Positions 56,896 through 64,000 of a stretch of DNA of 64,000 bases are shown here, piece by piece. Numbering within the stretch: position 1 is the stretch's first letter; every line of letters starts with the position of its first letter. Under the pieces are notes generated by a model. It did not search any database. It was given only the letters and a program-made list of their open reading frames with translations, and was not told where the DNA came from. This DNA is from an uncultured Verrucomicrobiota bacterium (GTDB taxonomy: Bacteria > Verrucomicrobiota > Verrucomicrobiia > Limisphaerales > UBA9464): NCBI GenBank assembly GCA_903821635.1, contig CAIJLV010000054.1:564-64563 (forward strand), written 5' to 3'. The translations under genes and the position numbers were made by a program.

Positions 56896-57057
56896 TCAAC
56901 TCCCGGTCGTCGCCCGCGGCCCCTTCCCGCACCGGCAGGCGGCGCTGCAGAACTTAACGTTGGCCCAGTCGCGTTCCCATTTCTTCCGCCAAGCAAACGG
57001 CCGGCCACACCCGGCGCAGGTTTTTTCGGGCAGATGCTGTTTCTTTACGCCGCGCAT
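56896..57057 (-). CDS. DUF2256 family small cysteine protein
   Basis: [37 protein letters not shown], the C-terminal 53 aa of the track ORF 56896..57804; overlaps the photolyase stop. Confidence 0.9.
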   Translation of the reverse strand: MRGVKKQHLPEKTCAGCGRPFAWRKKWERDWANVKFCSAACRCGKGPRATTGS

Positions 57058-58637
57058 TTTGCCCGCACATCGTCCGCCTGCCGCGCGATGGCGGCGCGTT
57101 GCTCCGTGGGCAGCCGCGCGAGATTGCGCACCTGCATGACCATGCGGGGATTCCGCGCCAGCATCACTTCGTGCCGTGCGAGGAAGTCCCAGTAGAGCGT
57201 TGTAAAAGGACACGCCTTTGGCCCCGTGGCCTGCGCGGGATCGAACCGACAGCCGGCGCAGTAGTTCGACATGCGCTGGATGTATTTGCCGCTCGCCACG
57301 TAGGGCTTCGACGCCATCACGCCGCCATCGGCGAACTGCGACATGCCGAGCGTGTTCGGCAGCTCGACCCATTCCACGGCGTCCACATAGATCGCCAGAT
57401 ACCACTCGTGAACCTCGCGCGGTCGGACGCCGAGCAGCAGCGCGAACAGTCCGGTCACCATCAGGCGCTGGATGTGGTGGGCGTAGCCGTGGTCCAGCGT
57501 TTGCCGGAGCGCGTGCCGCAGGCAGTTCAACTCCGTGTTCGCAGTCCAATAGAACCGCGGCAACGGTTGGACCGCGCCGAGCGTGTTGCGGTCGAGGTAA
57601 CCGGGCATGAACCGCCAGTAAATGCCGCGGACGTATTCGCGCCATCCGAGGATCTGGCGGATGAAGCCTTCGGCCGAAGCCAGCGGAACGGTTCCGGCCC
57701 GCCACGCCCGTTCGGCTGCCGTGATGACCTCGCGGGGCGACAGCAGCTTTAAGTTCAACGCCGCGCTCAGGCGCGAATGGTAAAGCCACGGTTCGCCCGA
57801 CCACATCGCGTCCTGCCAGCGGCCGAAGTCCGCCAACCGGTGCGAGATGAAGTCATCGAGCGCCGCCCGCGCATCGGCCGCGGTCACCGGCCAGTCGAAC
57901 TGCGCCACGGAACCCGGATGCTGCGCAAACCGCGCCCGCACCACGTCGAGAACTTCCTGTGTCACCGCATCCGGCGCGAACCGCCGCGGCGCGGGCAAGA
58001 AGCCGGGACCTTCCTTGCCGAAGCTCTCGCGGTTATCGTGATCGAAGTTCCACTGGCCGCCGGCCGGTTGGTCACCGTCCATCAGCACGCCGTGGCGCTG
58101 GCGCAGTTCACGGTAGAAGAACTCCATCCGGAGTTGTTTCCGTCCGGCGGCATGCCGCGCGAATTCTTCCGGGGAACACAGGAAATGCCGGTCGGCGCGC
58201 TCGTCCAGAGTCACGCCGCCGTCGGCGCAGGTTCGCTTGAGTTCCTCGCGCACGGACCATTCGCCCGGTTCGACCAACACGACGCGTTCCGGCCGAAGGA
58301 GGCGCAGGGTCGCGGCCAATTGGGCGGCGAGGGTTTCGCCGGTTTCTACCCAAGAAATGTGCTCAGGCGTTTCGGAATCCCACGCCGCGCCCTCGGCCTT
58401 CAACACGCGATAGCACACCCGCCAACCCCGAGCGCGCAGTTCGTCGCGGAAGTGCCGCATGGCCGCGAGGAAGACGGCGATGCGCGGCTGGGAACTCCAG
58501 ACCTTCGTGGACTCGCCCGCCACCTCGGCTAGCCAGACGACATCGCGGGCGGAATCAAGCCCGTCGAAGGCGGCCGACGCGGCGTCCAACTGATCGCCCA
58601 ACACGACGACCAGATTCCGGCACGGCAGTCCCTTCAT
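57045..58637 (-). CDS. FeS-type bacterial cryptochrome/(6-4) photolyase (FeS-BCP)
   Basis: [32 protein letters not shown]; four Cys (NCL, NYCAGC, ACPF) fitting a 4Fe-4S cluster. Confidence 0.92.
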   Translation of the reverse strand: MKGLPCRNLVVVLGDQLDAASAAFDGLDSARDVVWLAEVAGESTKVWSSQPRIAVFLAAMRHFRDELRARGWRVCYRVLKAEGAAWDSETPEHISWVETGETLAAQLAATLRLLRPERVVLVEPGEWSVREELKRTCADGGVTLDERADRHFLCSPEEFARHAAGRKQLRMEFFYRELRQRHGVLMDGDQPAGGQWNFDHDNRESFGKEGPGFLPAPRRFAPDAVTQEVLDVVRARFAQHPGSVAQFDWPVTAADARAALDDFISHRLADFGRWQDAMWSGEPWLYHSRLSAALNLKLLSPREVITAAERAWRAGTVPLASAEGFIRQILGWREYVRGIYWRFMPGYLDRNTLGAVQPLPRFYWTANTELNCLRHALRQTLDHGYAHHIQRLMVTGLFALLLGVRPREVHEWYLAIYVDAVEWVELPNTLGMSQFADGGVMASKPYVASGKYIQRMSNYCAGCRFDPAQATGPKACPFTTLYWDFLARHEVMLARNPRMVMQVRNLARLPTEQRAAIARQADDVRAKCAA

Positions 58638-59494
58638 GTTCCCGCCGGGAAATCAGCCGCGGCGGCGACGGCTTCACCCTCCTCGGCGGCCTTGGCCAGT
58701 TCGGCTGCGCGGTCGCGGAGCTTTTTCACCATGTAGCGGCCGAGCGGAAAGCGAAACGGAGCGCGCCCGGAATGAACCATGGCCACGATGGCGGCGGCCG
58801 CCTGGGCTGGATCGCCGGGTTGCTTGCCGTCGATGGCCTTTAGCACGGCCGCGAATTTCCCCGAGGTGCGGTCGTAGTCGGGAATCCGTTGGCTGGCGCG
58901 TTCGAGCGAACGGTGGATGAACTCGGTGCGGAACGGGCCAGGTTCAACCAGCGTGACTTTGACGCCCAGCAGCGCCATCTCGGCCCGGACGCTTTCGGAC
59001 AGAGCTTCCAGTGCGGCCTTGGCTGCTCCGTAGGCGCCGAATCCGGGGTAATTCGCGATCGCGGCCGCGGCGGTGAGGTTCACCAAGTGGCCGGCCCGCT
59101 GCTCGCGGAAGCGTGGCAGCACCGCTTGGATGACGTTCAAGGCGCCGAAGAAGTTGGTCTCGAAACACCGCCGAATCTGCGCGTCGTCGCATTCTTCCAC
59201 CGCCCCCAGCAGGCCGTAGCCGGCGTTGTTGGCCACCACATCAAGCCGGCCAAAACGGGTAATCGCGGCGGCGACGGCGGCTTGAACCTGCGGCGCGTCG
59301 GTCACGTCCAGCGGCAGGAGGAGGCAGCGTTCCGGCACCGTGGCCGCCCAAGCTGCGAGGGCCATCGGCTGGCGGGCGGTAGCGACGACGCAGTCGCCGG
59401 CGTTCAGGGCGGCTTCGGCGAGCGCCCGGCCCAGTCCGGAAGAGCAGCCAGTGATGAACCAGGTTCGCGGCCGGGCTGAAGTCGGATCACTCAT
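58634..59494 (-). CDS. Short-chain dehydrogenase/reductase
   Basis: WFITGCSSGLG, NNAG, YGAAK, VEPGPFRT. Confidence 0.93.
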   Translation of the reverse strand: MSDPTSARPRTWFITGCSSGLGRALAEAALNAGDCVVATARQPMALAAWAATVPERCLLLPLDVTDAPQVQAAVAAAITRFGRLDVVANNAGYGLLGAVEECDDAQIRRCFETNFFGALNVIQAVLPRFREQRAGHLVNLTAAAAIANYPGFGAYGAAKAALEALSESVRAEMALLGVKVTLVEPGPFRTEFIHRSLERASQRIPDYDRTSGKFAAVLKAIDGKQPGDPAQAAAAIVAMVHSGRAPFRFPLGRYMVKKLRDRAAELAKAAEEGEAVAAAADFPAGT

Positions 59495-59704
59495 TGATAT
59501 TAGCCGACGGTAGAGTGGTTTCTCGATCCGGCAACCGGTCGGCGATTTTCCGGCGCCGGCGGTTGCGGAACGCCAATCAAAGCCAAGTTTCCCGAGGCCT
59601 TGCTCCGGTCCAATTGGGGAGTCGTTCCGCCGCTTGCGCCCCGACGGGCAGATCGCGCTGGTGCGGACTGGCCGCGAAAAGCTCGGCGTAACCAAGCCGC
59701 CCCG

Positions 59705-62700
59705 TCACGGCCGGCGGATCCGGAAGAACCGTGGCCCGGGAGTGTCCGTCGCCTGTTCGGGCAATTCGACTGGGCGACCCTCGAACCAGCCGGAGCTGAC
59801 CGTTCGCCACTCGCCCAGCTGCGCCGAACTTTCCAGCAGGAAAGGGGAGTCGGGTTCGCCCTGAGCCAGCAGGCGGATTCCGTTGATTCCGACCGTGGCC
59901 GTCAGCGCCAGCTCCGTCGCGGGCACCTCAGGTCCAAAGAGGTTGACTGAGATGGCGCCGACGCTGTTGTCGAAGCCGCCGACCGCAATCTCATAGGCAG
60001 TCCCGGCGTTGGCGGTCCAAGTGGCGGTGCTGGGCCCCGCGAATGAGCCGGTGTCATCATTGGCCGCCACGAGCGTGCGTTGGCCGGCGCTGACTGAATA
60101 AACGTGAACGACCGTGTCGAGGATCGAGCCGGAGGTGTTGACGGCAGCGGTCCCGCCGGCAAAAGCGTGCCAGCGCCACCAAAGGGTGCGGGTGCCGTCC
60201 AGGCCGGTGCCCGAGCCGGCGGTGGGCGCCGCCCCGACATTGCTCGCGAGCGTGGATTCCCGGCTCCCCCGCAGTCGGACGGCGAATTCCGGGGTGGAAT
60301 TGGTGGCCGGCAGCAGCGGGAGCAGGCGCAGGTGGGTCGGTCCGACCTCGCCCAAGGCCGTGGCGACCGCGATCAGGTAAGTGGCTCCCGCCGTTGCTGA
60401 AAACGCGCAGACGGAACCCAAACTGTTGCCCTGCCGATTGGCGGCGATGGCCTGGAGCGCATTGCCCTCGGCGGCTTGATAGACTGCAAGGACGGGCTGA
60501 AACCCAATGGCTTCGGTGTGGAGCTGGAACCAGCCGTCCGAAGGGGCCCGCCAACGTCTCCAGACGGAATGGCCGGCCAGCAGGCCGGCGTGCGCCGGTT
60601 CGTCGGGCTCAGTGGTGGCGCCAGCGGTCTGTTCCTCCCAAATAATTGATTCGCCGTGGAGCTCTCCCGCTTGCGCCCGGTCATCGTTCGGCGGTGCCGC
60701 ATTGAAATCGCCGAGCCAACTGACAAGGCCGATCTCCCCGCCGTAGTTTGAATCGACCGCGAGTGAGTAGGTTTCGCCGGCGCGGACCGAAAAACCGACT
60801 TCCCAATCCAGCGTGCTGGTCTTGAGCGGGACGGGTTCGAGGTTGGCGAGGTCGTTCCCGGCGTAAACCGCGAGGCGGTGGACTTGGTTGCCGATCGCCG
60901 GTTGGAGCTGCATCCAGCCGTTGGTTTCGGCGGTCCAAGCCCACCAAAGGGACCGATCCGCCGGCTGGTTTCCAGGGTGGGGTTCGGCCGCTTCCGCGGT
61001 GGCGAGGTGATTGGAGCCGACGAGCCACAGCCGGGGACCGTGCAGGCGGATTCGATCGGCGAACGCATCGTTGAACCGGCCGTCAAGCTGTTGGATGCCC
61101 AGCGAGTATTCACCGACCTGCCAAAGCCCACCTGCCACCCCGATCCAGTAGGTGACTCCGGCCTGGGCCTGAAAAGTCGGATTCCCGAAACCAGCCACGG
61201 AGACCAGCGACTCCGGCGTGGTGCCGGTGAAAACTCCGAAAGCATAGGGTCCGTCGGGGCGCTGCCTGACGGTGACTTGGGTCAGCGCTTCCGCGGGTGC
61301 CGTCCATTTCCACCACCTGGACCCGGCTTCGATGGAGTTGTAAATGCTTGGTTCGCCAGGTTCCACGGTGGCGCCGAACAGCGAGCCGTCGACCAAGACT
61401 GAGGGGCCGAAGAGTTCTGCGGCGGCGGCGAAGGCGTCGTTCTGGGGCAGGGGATACACGTGGAGAGTCAGCCCGCCGCCGGCCTCGACCAGCAGTTGAT
61501 ACTCGACGCCGGCCTCAGCGGTGAACGCGGTCGCGCCATTCCCGGCGGCGACTCGCACCAGTTGGCTCAGGCTGGAGCCCCGATACACGGCGACCAACGG
61601 CTTCTGGTTTTCCGCCAGTCCGCTCCAGACAAAAGTGCCGCTTCGGGGCGCCGTCCAAGTCCACCAGAAGGAGTCGCCAAAAACACGACCCTCATGGTTC
61701 GGTTCGCCGGCCTCGCGGGTTCCCGCCTGAAGTCGCGCGTTGAATCGAAGGTCGTCTCCTTGGAGGCGCGAGCGGCGGGCGAAATCGTCGTTGGGCGAAC
61801 TGGGGGTGAAGCTGAAATCATACCAGACTTCCAGCTTGGGGTTGTTGCCGGGCCCAGTGGCGATGCCCAGCCGATACGTTTCCCCCGCCTTCACTCGGAT
61901 GCGTCCGTCGCCGTCGGCGACTGGCTTTAGTCGGGCGACGCTCGGTCCCTGAAAGACGCCGGCGGCCCCCAAGGAGCCGTGGCCGACCTCCTCGACTGCA
62001 AGGTGGCCCGAAGCGGGAGCGGTCCAAGTCCACCAGCGGGATTGGCGGTAGCCGGTTCCCGGCAGGAACGGTTCCTCGAATTCGAGGGAATCGTCGGCAA
62101 AGCTGCCGCCGAGGCGAAAAGTGGGGCCCCGGACCTCGGTGGCGTTTTCGAAAAAGTCGTTGGCCGTGAGCGCTCCGATGACGTTGAGCTGGCCCGACCG
62201 CGGCCCCTGATTCGGCAACTGCCAGTCGGCTAGGGTGAGCTGGTAGACCCTTCCGGCGAAGGCGGAAAAGACGAAGGAACCTTCGCTGGAACTGCCCACC
62301 GGTTGCAGAGCCTCGATTGTTTCGCCCCGGTAGACGGCGACGAATCCCGGCGGTTCCCGCTGGATTCTCACCCAGCAATTACTCGGCGCCGTCCACGACC
62401 ACCAAATGCTGCTGGCGGTTCCCTCGCCGCCTTCGGGCCCGGCGCCTTCGGTGGTGCCGGAGAATCTGACGCTGCTGCCGGACAACGGGAGGCGGTTGGC
62501 GAAGTTGTCGTTCTCGGGTGGGGCGGGCAGGAACCGGTGGGCGATTTCGTAGTCCGGGAGCCCGCCGGGGGTTCTGATCATCGCGAGGTAGGTCGTCTCA
62601 CCGGCTCCGGTCGCGACGAGGAGTTCGGAACCACTGACGATCAGTGGGACTGGTTTTAAGTTCGCCAGCGAGTCGCCGCGGTAGGCGTTGAGCCGTAGTC

Positions 62701-64000
62701 CGAGGGCAAAGAGATTGAACTGGCAGGTGCCGGCCCGGTCCGCGGTGAAGCGGAACCACACCGACGGATTTAAGGCGCTTTCCTGTGGCTCACGGGTTGC
62801 GCCGGCCAGACTACCCGTCAGCCGTTGGATCGGGCCGAGCGGATAGGCGTTGGCGAAGTGGTCGTGGGGCGGCCGTTGGGAGTGGAGTGAAAAACCGAAC
62901 GGTCCCGAAGCTTGGCTGTGGCTGGTAACGAGAATGCGGTATTGGCCGCCGGCCACGGCGTTGAATACTCCGGAAGTGACCGTGATCTCAGCCGGTGCCG
63001 CGCCATCAATGCGCGTAATCGCCAAGGAAACCGGCGTCTGTGTGCCGTCGATGGCCAAGTGCACGAGGCCGGTCAACGGGGCTGTCCACCGATACCACAA
63101 CTGACGCCAACGGTTGAGCAGGTCGTCGTCTGCGCCGCCGACCGCCGCGTAAGTGTCACCTGCGACGGTCAACCGTTCCGCCGCCAAGGGGATGGCGTTT
63201 TCCGGCGTCGTGTTAAGCGGGCTTTCGGTGAAGACCGGTCGCCACCGGAATGCGCCCGGCACAGACCGGGTCGCAACCCAGATTTTGTAGGAAGATCCCC
63301 GCCGAACAATGAAGTCACGGGTGGTGCTCGTTCCGGCGGCGGGTTGGATCGCCAGGCCCAGCCCGCTGAGGTCGCGAAGTGCAGCTCCGGTGGCCACGCC
63401 GATGATCAGTTCGCCGTCGCTTTCCAGTTCCAGCCGCAGGCGGCCGTCGGCGGGGGCCTGCCATTCCCACCACAATGATCCGCCGAGGGTTGCTTCGGAG
63501 AAGTCCGGTTCGCCAGTTTCCCTCGTGGCGCCGAAGGTGTGTCCGCGAATCTCCCCGCTGGCCTCGGAAAGCAAAATCCGCCGGTCGAACGTGTCGTTTG
63601 GGGCTCGGGGCAACCAGGTCAGCTCCAGCGGTCCGCTGTCCGGGCCGAAGTCAGGATGGGCGACTTGAATCCGATAGGTGACGCCGGCGGCCACTTCGAC
63701 GAATGGGGGGCGGGGGCCGCTGATAGTGGGATCGACGACGGGCCCTCCCCCTTGGGCAACGAGCCCATTCACGCTGGAGCCGGCGAAAACGGCGACGTTC
63801 GGGGACCAATTCTCCCTCGGCGGCCGCGAAAACCGGAGCGTCCCATCGCCTGGGGCCTGCCAGTGATACCAAACGGAGGGCCAGCCGATCGTCGGTTCGC
63901 CGGGTTCAACGGTGGCACCGCGGGTATGCACCGACAGGGACAGCTGGGTCCCGGTCAACTGAAGGCTGCCGGCGAAGGCGTCATTGGGGAGGAAGACAGT
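59705..64000 (-). CDS. Giant PxND (PPC-like) repeat protein, 5' end outside the window
   Basis: Frame stays open to base 64000 (TVFLPNDAFAGSLQL...); at least 11 repeats of about 110-125 aa; ends ...PRFFRIRRP. Confidence 0.87.
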   Translation of the reverse strand, partial: TVFLPNDAFAGSLQLTGTQLSLSVHTRGATVEPGEPTIGWPSVWYHWQAPGDGTLRFSRPPRENWSPNVAVFAGSSVNGLVAQGGGPVVDPTISGPRPPFVEVAAGVTYRIQVAHPDFGPDSGPLELTWLPRAPNDTFDRRILLSEASGEIRGHTFGATRETGEPDFSEATLGGSLWWEWQAPADGRLRLELESDGELIIGVATGAALRDLSGLGLAIQPAAGTSTTRDFIVRRGSSYKIWVATRSVPGAFRWRPVFTESPLNTTPENAIPLAAERLTVAGDTYAAVGGADDDLLNRWRQLWYRWTAPLTGLVHLAIDGTQTPVSLAITRIDGAAPAEITVTSGVFNAVAGGQYRILVTSHSQASGPFGFSLHSQRPPHDHFANAYPLGPIQRLTGSLAGATREPQESALNPSVWFRFTADRAGTCQFNLFALGLRLNAYRGDSLANLKPVPLIVSGSELLVATGAGETTYLAMIRTPGGLPDYEIAHRFLPAPPENDNFANRLPLSGSSVRFSGTTEGAGPEGGEGTASSIWWSWTAPSNCWVRIQREPPGFVAVYRGETIEALQPVGSSSEGSFVFSAFAGRVYQLTLADWQLPNQGPRSGQLNVIGALTANDFFENATEVRGPTFRLGGSFADDSLEFEEPFLPGTGYRQSRWWTWTAPASGHLAVEEVGHGSLGAAGVFQGPSVARLKPVADGDGRIRVKAGETYRLGIATGPGNNPKLEVWYDFSFTPSSPNDDFARRSRLQGDDLRFNARLQAGTREAGEPNHEGRVFGDSFWWTWTAPRSGTFVWSGLAENQKPLVAVYRGSSLSQLVRVAAGNGATAFTAEAGVEYQLLVEAGGGLTLHVYPLPQNDAFAAAAELFGPSVLVDGSLFGATVEPGEPSIYNSIEAGSRWWKWTAPAEALTQVTVRQRPDGPYAFGVFTGTTPESLVSVAGFGNPTFQAQAGVTYWIGVAGGLWQVGEYSLGIQQLDGRFNDAFADRIRLHGPRLWLVGSNHLATAEAAEPHPGNQPADRSLWWAWTAETNGWMQLQPAIGNQVHRLAVYAGNDLANLEPVPLKTSTLDWEVGFSVRAGETYSLAVDSNYGGEIGLVSWLGDFNAAPPNDDRAQAGELHGESIIWEEQTAGATTEPDEPAHAGLLAGHSVWRRWRAPSDGWFQLHTEAIGFQPVLAVYQAAEGNALQAIAANRQGNSLGSVCAFSATAGATYLIAVATALGEVGPTHLRLLPLLPATNSTPEFAVRLRGSRESTLASNVGAAPTAGSGTGLDGTRTLWWRWHAFAGGTAAVNTSGSILDTVVHVYSVSAGQRTLVAANDDTGSFAGPSTATWTANAGTAYEIAVGGFDNSVGAISVNLFGPEVPATELALTATVGINGIRLLAQGEPDSPFLLESSAQLGEWRTVSSGWFEGRPVELPEQATDTPGPRFFRIRRP

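Noticed and set aside
57058-57804. Long N-terminal part of the ORF ending in DUF2256
   Set aside because: Alternative frame of the photolyase gene; only the last 53 codons match DUF2256.
1-64000. CRISPR array, prophage, IS or integron
   Set aside because: No regularly spaced identical repeats and no cas, transposase, integrase or phage structural genes seen.

Overview
GC-rich bacterial window; gene content and protein styles point to Verrucomicrobiota (probably Pedosphaera/Limisphaera-like; inferred, not proven). 0.2-10 kb: a complete Planctomycetes/Verrucomicrobia-type (PVM) bacterial microcompartment locus (DeoR, PduL, 3 BMC-H, acetate kinase, 3 BMC-P, aldehyde dehydrogenase, class II aldolase, LDH/MDH-like enzyme) plus an extra class I aldolase-like gene. 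10-26 kb: housekeeping and metabolic genes (dtd, NUDIX, argJ, LacI, nadK, tlyA, PIG-L, Gfo/Idh/MocA, agmatine deiminase, group III truncated globin), a secreted clan CD-like peptidase and a DUF1549/DUF1553 + DUF1501 pair. 26-51 kb and 59.7-64 kb: six giant secreted proteins (a CotH/LTD protein, three tandem delta-60-repeat paralogues, two proteins built of PxND repeats) that all end in a similar ~60-70 aa C-terminal domain. The three paralogues are each preceded by TACGTA-N4-TACGTA at nearly constant spacing. 51-59.5 kb: an orphan DUF1549/1553 gene with two in-frame repeat insertions, a VapBC-like pair, a membrane-anchored ECF sigma factor with a secretin-like tail, DUF72, DUF2256, an FeS-type photolyase and an SDR. 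I saw no rRNA, tRNA, CRISPR array, transposase or integrase. All family calls come from motif recognition by eye, not from database searches.
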